Assembly: GCA_905178155.1 (NCBI GenBank)
Contig: CAJINV010000003.1
Location: forward strand, 1,483,557-1,547,556
Length of the DNA stretch: 64,000 bases
Reading direction: 5' to 3'
Source of the DNA: Amoebophrya sp. A120
Lineage: Eukaryota > Protista > Dinoflagellata
In this document: positions 46,328 through 56,231 of the stretch, in pieces
How positions within the stretch are numbered: the first letter of the stretch is position 1
Layout of the letters: every line of letters begins with the position of its first letter
The notes under the pieces: generated by a model
Seen by the model: the letters and a program-made list of their open reading frames with translations, nothing else
The model's database searches: none
What the model was told of the DNA's origin: nothing
Translations under genes and position numbers: made by a program

Positions 46328-47627
46328 ATGTTGCTATCATTTGTGGCTGACTACTTTCCGGAGGCCTTGCTAGCCTTCGATCAAGTGCATCTCTGGTTGC
46401 TGGAGAATCTGCACTTTCTCTCTCGGTGCCTGGCCGGCAGCTTGGTGGGTTTCGTGCGGAACTTCCTTGTCGTCTTCCAAACTTATGTTATGCCAACTCT
46501 GAACCTTTACGTTTTGCCGCCGATGGGAATTGGTCTCGCTTGGCTGTCCCGTTTCGTCTCCACCGTTGCCGAAGACGAGGCAGTGGCTGGCAAGGTTACA
46601 ATTTGGCAGGTACGTCCTTTTATTTTAGCTGAGTCTTCATCTTCTCGATTCTGATTCATCAGGTACGGGCACGGCTATCGTCACGATGAATCTCACGCGC
46701 ACAAGAAATCGCATGAATTCGGACGCTGCCGTAACGGGATAAAATCCAGATCCAGTGGAGATGGATGTACCCTCTGTAATTACTTTGCAGGTCCGTCTTT
46801 CTCCAGCGGACATCGATGCCCGCGTGAAGACAGTCGAGAGTCTGTTGGACTTCGGGGACAATGGGGACTTGGCACTGGGCTTCTTGTCGTGCTACATCAT
46901 GGTTTCTGTGTCTCTGTCTCCGTTTATCGTGGCGTGCGTGTACGGGCTGCGGGTGTGGCGGCTGCGACGCAAGCAAAAGGCACTTGCGGAGACGTGGAGC
47001 GCTGCGCGCAGCACGCTGGACCACCACTTGCAGCGCATTGAGGAAAAGCAGCTGCCGCGCGGAAGCGAAGCGAAAATCGACGAACTTGTTCAGTGCGGGG
47101 AACACGTGATTGCCTCCTTGGGCAGTGGGGAGCCGACTTTGCTACGCTCTAAGGATCACGAACAAAGCACGTTGACAAAGAGAAAAATCGACACAGATAG
47201 TACTGATGGCAGTGCCGAGCAGCACGCGGAGATGCGGGATCACGAGTCGGATCGTGGGTCGGCCCGCCAGGAAAATCACTCTGCAAGGGCCGCCCCCTGC
47301 AGGAGCTATCGGCGTCTACTGTTGAACCTTGCCAATCGGGCGTTCGTTTGCCGGCGACGGCCCGTCGTGATGGTGCAGGTTCGCGACTTTTCCGCTGGGT
47401 ATGGGGAGACCTTCCGTTTGGTCGCCCTGGAGGAGGGGTCGGTCACGGTGGATGCGGTGCGAGCGAAAGCTCATGAGAAGGCGATTCGTGGCTCGCGAGA
47501 AGGTCCGCTGATGTGGATAGATGACGGCAACACTATCGAGATCTCTTGCGACGAAGATCTTCGCCTCTTGCTCTTGCATCGGAAAAACAGTATCCCACGC
47601 TTGTGGTTCAAGCGGAAAGCCGAATGA
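46328..47627 (+). CDS. Membrane protein with a C-terminal PB1-like domain
   Basis: Hydrophobic segments. GT-AG intron 46610-46790 in phase 0. LMWIDDGNTIEISCDEDLRLLL resembles the acidic PB1 (OPCA) motif. Confidence 0.65.
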
Positions 47628-49119
47628 AAAAATGATTCAAATTATTGGTTGGCTCGATCTCGAAGCCTGGGAGGCATGAGCACAACCACACAGATATCTA
47701 GTATTGACGCCTCTTAGTTTTACTCAGGGCCAGGAGGCTTGTCCTCCGACTGACAAGAAACCTCTGTACATGAGGCAAAGAAGAAAGAGGATCGCGACCG
47801 AGCATTTCTTCTATTTTGTTTACCGGAGGAGCTCCGCACGGGGCTGAGAGCATTTCCACCTCGCGCGTTGTTGTTGGTTTTTGTCACGTTACGTTACCCG
47901 CCAGTGTGTTCTGTTGGGTTCTCAGATATCAAGAAGCCAAAAGATGAAACGAGAACATTAAAAACCCTTCATGGTGTTCGAAAGTGTGGCCGTTCCTTGT
48001 GAATTCAGTTTCGCACGACGTCCTGGAGCTTTTTGTCTGAGCCCTTCGTTTTGCGACAGAAAGAGGGCGCATGAATTTAACGAGGAAGTAACTATTCACT
48101 GGCAACTGGTCGCTGACGGAACACGGAGATGAAGATGTGTGTCACACTTCTGCTAAGCTGTAGTTTAGTACAGTTGAGGATATCGGATACGGCTCGACTT
48201 TTTCCATCGCTGACTGTCCCTGTCAAATCTTATTGAATGGATTCCGATGCGACTCCTTGTCGTCGTATGACACTGGAACGATGGAGCATCCCGTATTAAT
48301 TTGTATGTAGTGAGGTCACCGAACGGTTCTAACCGGGGAGTTTTCTTGACAGTAACCGCCAAAAACGATCGGCAGTCTGTAATGCTGTTCTGCGTTTTTT
48401 CGCATGAAAAAAATCAACGCGTGCCATCCTGTTTGGCTTTGTTGGCAACGAATCGCCTGCGGATTCTATCGGTCGCCGATTGATAAAACGACGCAAGGGA
48501 GCCGGCAAAGGGGGCGCCTTTCTGAGGCTCCCGCCGCTTGAGTTTCTGGCGATTTGGGGCGCCCAGAAGGGCGACCGAAAAAAGCGCGCCCAAAATCAGA
48601 ACAGCGAAACCGCATGGCACGGCCGCGATTTCGGAGCATTTTGGGCGGCCGCGAAAGCGGGCGCCTTTTCGCCGGTTTCTAATCGGGGGAAGCTTTGCAA
48701 AAAGCGCCGGCGCGAAAAATGAAAACGCAAAAAAGAAAAAGCGCGCCGGACGCGCGAAGCAAATCCGCATGCTACGGGCCCGATTTTTCTTCTGTTTTTG
48801 GGCGCCCCCCGTGGCGCCCGGATCGGGCCCATAGCATCGGGGCTGGCCTTCGGACAGAAATTTTGGGAATTTGCCAAAAATGCGTCACGTTTTTCAACCG
48901 GCCGCCATGCCGTGCGGCATAATCAATCTTACCCACGACGGAAAAACAAGCGCAGAAAAAACAAAGCCGCGGCCAAAGCGACGGCCGGCAAGAAAACGAC
49001 CGCGACCTCACTACCTCCGCCCCGGCGGCTATATTTGGCACCTTGTCATTCATTCCAGGGCGTTCGTCCACCTTCGTTTGCCAAGATTCAAAGTTGAAAT
49101 TGCGAAAATTGAAGTGAAA

Positions 49120-52100
49120 ATGGCATCTCTCGTCGAAGATGGTGCAGCAAGCGATAGTCGGACCGGTCCTCCGGGCGGCCAAGGCGAGGAAAACGAGGTG
49201 GAAATTTTGGAGGCCGACTTCTACAAGAAAGCGTCGTCGTCCGCGTCAAGCAGTGCGGGCAACAAGAGCCGCTGGCAGCGTCGCCGGTTTCGGCTGAGCA
49301 GTGACGTCATGACGTATTGGGATCATGCCGGTCGCAGTGGCTCGTCTTGTGCCCATTCAACGACCGAACAGCGATTGAAGCAGGAGAAGGTCTTTTACTT
49401 GCACAAGATCACGTTGGTACGGGAGCGCGTATCGACGACCCATCATGGTAGTACCACAACTATCAGCTCGACGAGTGCATCAACCAACACTATGGGCACA
49501 GTACCGGGTTTTTTTCTGGATCTCGGCTACGCTGGGAAGTTGTTTTCACTGCGAGACCATCGTCCGGACGAGCTGCGGCGCTGGGGTCAGGAGCTTCGGA
49601 AGCGCTGCGCAAACTTGATGAAAACGAATTCAGGCAGCGGCGCAAGTAAAATGATGTCCTCATGCTCGTCCGGCGCCACCACACCGACAAACATCATGCG
49701 CGAAGCTGACGCAGCCAGTGAGGCGTCCTCGCGCTGGCTGCCGAGCCTGCTGGATAGCCAAACCGACGGGGATGCAGACGACCGGTTTTCCCTTTCCACA
49801 CCCTCCGTGATGTCTACTTCTATCCTGAGTAAAAACGTACCCACACCAGAGTTGTAATGCAGATTTGCAAAGACAGGAAGACTTGTAATGCGCATCCCCA
49901 TGAGAGCCATTTCCAGTCGTGTTTTGGAATTTGTGATGCTGTGAACATGATGAGCAGATGAATCTGTGACGCGGCTGCACTTGCTAACCTGCACTACACT
50001 GCCGAGTGCAACTTGTCATGCGTGACTCACAAAACTCCTAGGTTTGTGTTGCAAAATCCCCATCCTGACTCTGGTGTGGGTACGTTTTTACTCAGGATAC
50101 CTTCCGTTGAAAACACACCAGTAGCGGGAATGTCCCGAAGCTCCAGCCAAGTAGCTAGCGAGCTCGAACGGGATGTAACTTACGGAAGCTCCTGCGCGAC
50201 GTTTGCGGACCACAATTATGTTGCGAGCCACGATCATCTTCACGCAGCACAGTGTAGTAAGAACCCCGGCAGAGCCGAGAGTCTCCTCAAGGCTTTGTCT
50301 CGGTTTCACTTGCAAGCGCGCAGTTTGTTTTCGTCGCCGGCCGATGCAGACGACGACTTCTGCGAGCTCGTCCTTGCGCGCATGGACGCCTGGTGTGAGT
50401 GCGAGTACAGCAGGCTCGCCCAGACTCAGCGCATTGCCGCGTTCGTGGAGCGAAGTAGAAAAGAGTACGCGACGACCACGACCACGGCGGCGCGAGGTGA
50501 AGTAGTAGGAAGCGCAGAGGTGTTGCAGCGCGAAAATAATCCTAATCCACCTCCTCGTCCACCACGGGGCTCATATAGTGCAACAACCTCTACCAGCGCA
50601 GCGGTACCACTTGCCGGGGAGGCCGGATTTGTGAATCAAACGCCTGCTACATCGACAGCAACCTGTTGCGCCGCCGCCGGGGGCAAACAAGACGGAAGTA
50701 AGGTTGTTGGAGACGTGGATCCAGCGCTTCCAGAAGCGGCGGGACTACCGAGATTTACGCGCGCACGCATCTGGCTCGATGTGTACTTGTGGCTGACCGA
50801 AAAGTTGCCGATCACCGCGGCGGGCGGTGCTAGTACTACCGAGGAGCAAAAGCGAACCGAAAAATGTGAACGGGTGCTTCGCTATTTGCTGCACGGCTTC
50901 GAAGTTTCGTTGGCGGAAGAAATGAAAGCCCGATCGACCTCCCTCATTCGGACCGGAGATCAGGAAGTCACCGGGAGAGAACAAAATATAATCACATCCT
51001 GCGAATCGAAATCGTCCCTCTCGACAGGTGCGGCTGGCAGCTCCTGTGCGCCGTGTTTGGTAACATCGCCACAGAAATTATCGACCACAAGACGGGCAAA
51101 GAGTGAAGAAGAGACTCATCATGGTTCTTCGGAGAAGATGCTCCTGCGCGTTGTGGAGAAGGAGCAAGAATTGTCACTGGAGGAGCAGGTGCACGCCCTG
51201 CAGCCAAATTTGCGTGAGCTCGCGGAGGAAATAAAACTCAACCATAGGCATTGTTCGGCCTTGGGCAAAGCTGCTTCGGAGGATGTGTCCGCGGCTTTGA
51301 AACTGTTGCAGAAATACAACAATGGGCGAATAGACACGATTTCGTCCGCTACCGCTTCCGTAGTCTCAACAGGCAACGTGATACTCCCCGCGGCTTCGGC
51401 AGTTTATTCCGACACGGAGTTCATCGTGGAGCGAAAAGATGAAAGTGCTCGCTGCCAACCGGTTGGGGCCGCCACGTCAACCATGGCGACGACGATCAAT
51501 CAACACGTTGGGTACGCCTTGTGTGCGTGGTTCAACCTACTTCTTTCGCAGCTCCGTGGGGGACCTCACCTGAATTGGGCTTCCGCGGCCTTGCTAGAAC
51601 AGGAGGACGGGGAGAAGGAAGAGTCTGCGCAAAGTCGGTTCTTGAAGAAAATGCGAAGGAGCACAGTCACTTCGATGCAGCAGATGATGACCGCCATTCG
51701 AAAGAAAACGGGCAAGAATAAAACAGCGGCCGCACTGGTGGTGCACGAGCCCCCGTCCGACTCTCACGGGCAGAAGATCACAGGGAACATTGTTTCTGCT
51801 CGCGAGGACGTGTCCGAGAATGATGCGGAGAAAGAAGCCGACAGCAACATCAAGCAGCTGGAGTTGCAAGCAGAGACGTCGGTGTCTTTACAAGAGCGTC
51901 CAAAGTCCACGACTCTTGAGGGTCAAAATGAGATAAACGTCGGAGCTCCTTCTACGACCACATGTCTCACTAGTCTCGTGACGCCAAAGTCGCTAACGAC
52001 CGCACGCCCCCAGCAGAGCAGGACCGTTAGTACAACGGACGAACACCAGCACATGGTTTCTACCTCTACCAGTTCCACAGACGAACAGAAATTTGATTTT

Positions 52101-53147
52101 CGCCGGTTGAACGATTTGGGTGTGCTGAGTTCGATGGCTGACATGCTGGCGTGTAGGTTTGACGCAGCACTCGCGGAGTCGTTTAGGGACTTTGCAAAGC
52201 GTTTTCGGCTGTTGGCGGCCGAAGCCGCGACCACCTGCCTCACGCCGCTACTAACTTCGCCTCCCTGCCTCCGGCTGCGAAAAAACCTCTGGAAAGAGGC
52301 CAGCAGTGGTCCGTGCACGTCGATTTCCAGTTGCTTTGCCAAGCTTTTTTTATGGGCACACGACTTTCTGCTGCGGAGCCAAGCGCAAATGGCGTCCCCA
52401 ACCAGCTTCCATTCCTTGCTTGATGCCACCGCGCGGTTGCTGTTGATCCGGCCCTCGTTGAGGGGACTGCTGGTACACGCTCCGTTGCGTCGTTTGGAGC
52501 GACAGTTTCTGGGCGTCAAGCCGGAGGAGAGAGACCTCAGTGTCGCACAACTTCTGTTACAGCAGGAAACCCTACTGCAGCGGGTGTTTTTCAACAACTT
52601 TCAGCTTCAATATCCGAAAAGTTCGACTAGCAGCGGAACAAGGGTCGTCGTCGTTGCACCTCCTCTTGGAGGGGATAATGATAAAGAGGCTTTTTCGCAA
52701 AAATCTTCCACCTCGTTTGCTGCCTCACAGATGACGTTTGCGAAAGGTGGGTCCACCTCGTCCTGCAAGAACTACCAGTTGCGCCCGCTGGAGCTAGTGC
52801 GGCGGGTTCTGCAAGAGGAAGAGACAGCTGACGTTGGATTGGTGTACGTGGACCTGCGAAACGAATTTCCCGCGTTTACTCTGAAAGCGATGCAAAGACT
52901 CCTCAGCTGGCGCGACCGCGACACGCGTCCCCAGCGCCAGGAATTGGCCCGCGAGATCCACCTGCTCGAGAAGGCCTTGCTGCTCGAACGCAGAAATACC
53001 AAGAAAGACGGAGGACGGGGAGAAGGTTCGTCTACCTCCGCGGAGAATTATCCACCGAACGATACGGCCTGCGCATCCGCCTGGAATCACGACGTCGCTG
53101 CACCCGGGCAGGAACAGGATGACATCTTTTTCGGTCTGCTGCAGTGA
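49120..53147 (+). CDS. PH-domain protein with a Sec6/EXOC3-like C-terminal region
   Basis: FYKK...SRWQRRRFRL..VMTYW...ELRRWGQELRK fits a PH domain. The C-terminal LVYVDLRNEFPAFTLKAMQRLLSWRD resembles the end of Sec6. Removing introner 49821-50099 joins ORFs 48871 and 50013. Confidence 0.7.
49821..50099. mobile_element. Introner element, family D
   Basis: Perfect 32-bp TIR TATCCTGAGTAAAAACGTACCCACACCAGAGT. TSD ACTTC/CCTTC. Confidence 0.95.
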
Positions 53148-54015
53148 ACAAAATGAAAACGTCGAAACAGTTGATGTTCACTAGATAGAAGACGGTCTGC
53201 TTTATTTCCATGTCCTCCGATAGAAATAGAATATTGATTGTGTGTGATTGTATATGTATTCATCATCGAGATGCCTGGAAGTAATGATCGATCCATCGTT
53301 TCAGGAGCGAGAAATTGCTGATTGCTCCTCCCGCATAGCCGAGCTGATCGATTTCCAAAGAGCTGGATGGAAGCCTCGGAGCACCATCGGCGTCGGCGGC
53401 CTCAAGGAAATGAGCCTCAGGGGTTTGTGAAGTTGAAGGAAGCTGCAGACAGATGGAAATTGATGGCGTTGGCACTATTTGCGTCTCTATCTAGACTATC
53501 ACGCCAGTCACTCTTCATTTCGAGACTTCTGACAATTCAAGTTCCAAATATTGACCTTCAAAAATCGACAAGCAGTGAGAAGCCACCCACTCGGTCACTT
53601 TTTCTTGTGTGCGAATTTCAAGCAAAGAACTTGACTTTCTTCGAGATCGTTGATTGACTGTAGACGTCTTCTACTTCCTCTCGCCGTTGCTAGTTTCTCA
53701 CTCTATAGGTATAATGCAAATGTTGGCGCTCCATTGTGGAAAGAGCTTGCGTGGTGTCGCCGCGACCTGGCTAAGGATGGAATGTGACAGTGCGCCTACT
53801 TGAGCGACGCTGGTCGCCGTTTCGTGCGTGGCTGAGGGATATGGTATTGGAGTGGTAGACTGCTCTCGAGGGCGAACAAAAGCTGGCGAGGGGCGTGCTA
53901 ATGCTTCTCCAGCCGCGCGACAGTTCCGGAGAGTGAGAACGTTTGCGACTGCAAGAGAGTTTTGGAAAACGAAGCCGCTGGTTGGAAGTGCACGCACCAA
54001 GTGCGCGCCTGTTGG

Positions 54016-54316
54016 TATCCTAAGCGAGTAAAAACGTCCCCACCCCAGATTTGCAATTACAGCAGGAGCGTTTGATGCAATGCGCACCCCCACGAGACGA
54101 GAGGTGTCTGGAGTCGTGTTTGCTAGTTTGTAATGTTGTAAACAGGAGATGGCTTTGCGATGTGACTGCGTGGGCTCGCTAACCTAGACTAAGGCTGCAA
54201 TGTAATTAAGGACTATACGCCAGGGCTGCGCGACCTCCTTTTAGAGGCAAAGCTTCTAGATTTGCATTACAAAGCTCCGAGCTTGACTATGGGACGGGGA
54301 CGCTTTGCATAGGATA
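54016..54316. mobile_element. Family D-related element outside any recognisable gene
   Basis: TATCCTAAGCGAGTAAAAACGTCCCCACCCC ... GGGACGGGGACGCTTTGCATAGGATA. TSD GTTGG at 54011-54015 and 54317-54321. Interior similar to 49821-50099. Confidence 0.8.
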
Positions 54317-54642
54317 GTTGGAAACTTCCCCACCGCAACCTGAACGCAGCGGGAGGTGAACGGGCTGAAGCCTGACGCACTGGGTGGTGAGCGTCCAAGA
54401 AGCGGGCGTTGTGGTGGTGCGAGGAAGGGCGTGTATTCTGCATCAGAGCTATGTATTGCGCTCCTTATCACAGAAAGCTTCTAATTCCAAACCTTCGAAA
54501 AAATACAAATCTCAGGTATGATAATCTATCCGGGCCTGCAGTCAGTTGCAGGAGCGGCGACATGATTCAGCAGACCAACAAACCATCAGTGGCGGAGCGT
54601 GCGTGGGCGCACGACAATCCATCGGCTCGATACTGCAGCACG

Positions 54643-54772
54643 AGCCTGATTCCATTAGTCTGATTCCACTCGTAAAGCTGATTCCAGCAGGCGGATTCCA
54701 TGTTTTAGTCTGATTCCATCAGCCTGATTCCAAAAATAAGTCTGATCCCGTAAATGCTTAAGTCTGATACCA
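54643..54772. repeat. About 8 short repeats of CTGATTCCA with variable spacers
   Basis: Directly visible, immediately upstream of the direct-repeat copy at 54782. Confidence 0.8.
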
Positions 54773-55289
54773 TCGACGACCGTAATGATCGATCCATCGT
54801 TTCAGGAGCGATAAATTGCTGATTGCTCCTCCCGCATAGCCGAGCTACGTGCGCCTGCTTTTGCGCTGCGGTTTGTGCCCACTGCCGCAATCGGTTACCC
54901 CGTTTGCGGTAGACCTGCTGGCAGCGGCGATGATGGGGACAAGGCAAAACGAAAAAAGTCGCTTCACAAATTTCAGCCACTTGAAGTGTTTCTTGGACAA
55001 CGCGCACCCACTCAGCCGCGAGTGCGAAAATAGATTCAAACTACGTATGCGAACTATATCAAAGATGCAGCCGGCGCGCAAGCAGGCAGTGGGCGTCCGT
55101 CTCTCGCACATCATTCGGATGTGCTTAGCAGTTGAAGAGGCGGATGACTTGAAGGTCGGCGCTACCTTACTCCCAGGCGGCGAGGGGATTCTGATGAAGA
55201 AAGCGGTCGGCTTCTTCATCGCTGCATGGTTTGCCATGCTGCGTTTGGACGACATCGGTTCAACTAAATGGACTCCGCACTAAGTTTTC

Positions 55290-56231
55290 GTGGACGCGCA
55301 GAAGCTGCAAGTACTGACTGAGCGTAGTGAGGAGATTATTAGAATTCTGGAGCAGGTGCGGGGCGGTGATCGGTCGGCGAAACTCACACTGAAACAGATA
55401 CAAAGTTTTGCGAGTCTCTACCGGCACTGTACGCAATGCCGGCGGCAGTTCTTGTTTTTGGCTCGTGAATTCGATAACTGGAGCCGGCCGGGCGTCTTTC
55501 CGCGCTTAATCGCCAGACAGGGTGAGAGAAGTCGTCTCCAGCGGCAGGTCGAGCTTTGTACCTTTGCGGCCACCCAGGCGCCCCCTCTTGTCCTCAAGCA
55601 GAATCTTGTCGACAAACCAATTTGCCACATCTACACGGACGCGTCGTGCGATGACATGAAGACGCTCAATTCATGGCTCAAGGCGGGCCGGAGGACCGGG
55701 CTTGAGCGGTTTAACATTTTTGTCGGCGGTTTTTTGTACATTAGCGAGGGAGATGTGGCTGCTTTTCGAGTACAGCTCACTACGCTGCCGGATTGGATGA
55801 AGCAAGTGGAGATTACCTTGCTGGAGGCGCTTGGGCCGCGGATTGCAGTCGAATTCTGGTCGCAAAAAATCAAGGACAAGTTTGCGCACATTCACATGGA
55901 TAACTTGGCGGCCGTGTTTAGCCTCGCGCGGAATTCGAGCAAGAATTTTTATGTGGCGCAAGTTAGTCGAAGTTTTCATGATTGCACTTCCCAGTGGGGA
56001 ATTGAGTGGTATGTTAGTTGGATTAGCACTCTTCGGAACATCGCTGACGTTTTGACTAGAAGGGAGCGGCTTTCTCTTCTTGAAGCCGCGTTTCAGGGTG
56101 TTCCTGTTTTTGACATCCCACAGTCCTTTTTGATCGAGCATGAATTTTTGTGGGGTGATTATGAATTCAGACGAGTCCCTAGGGCGACCCTTCTTGAGGG
56201 TGGTGATTTCACTGCCCCAGGGAGGACATAG
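55290..56231 (+). pseudogene. RT thumb/connection plus DIRS-type RNase H fragment (no RT palm)
   Basis: LKQIQSFAS, HIYTDAS, ITLLEALG, IHMDNLAAV, WISTLRNIADVLTR carry the D-E-D-D RNase H residues. No YxDD motif upstream. Confidence 0.8.
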
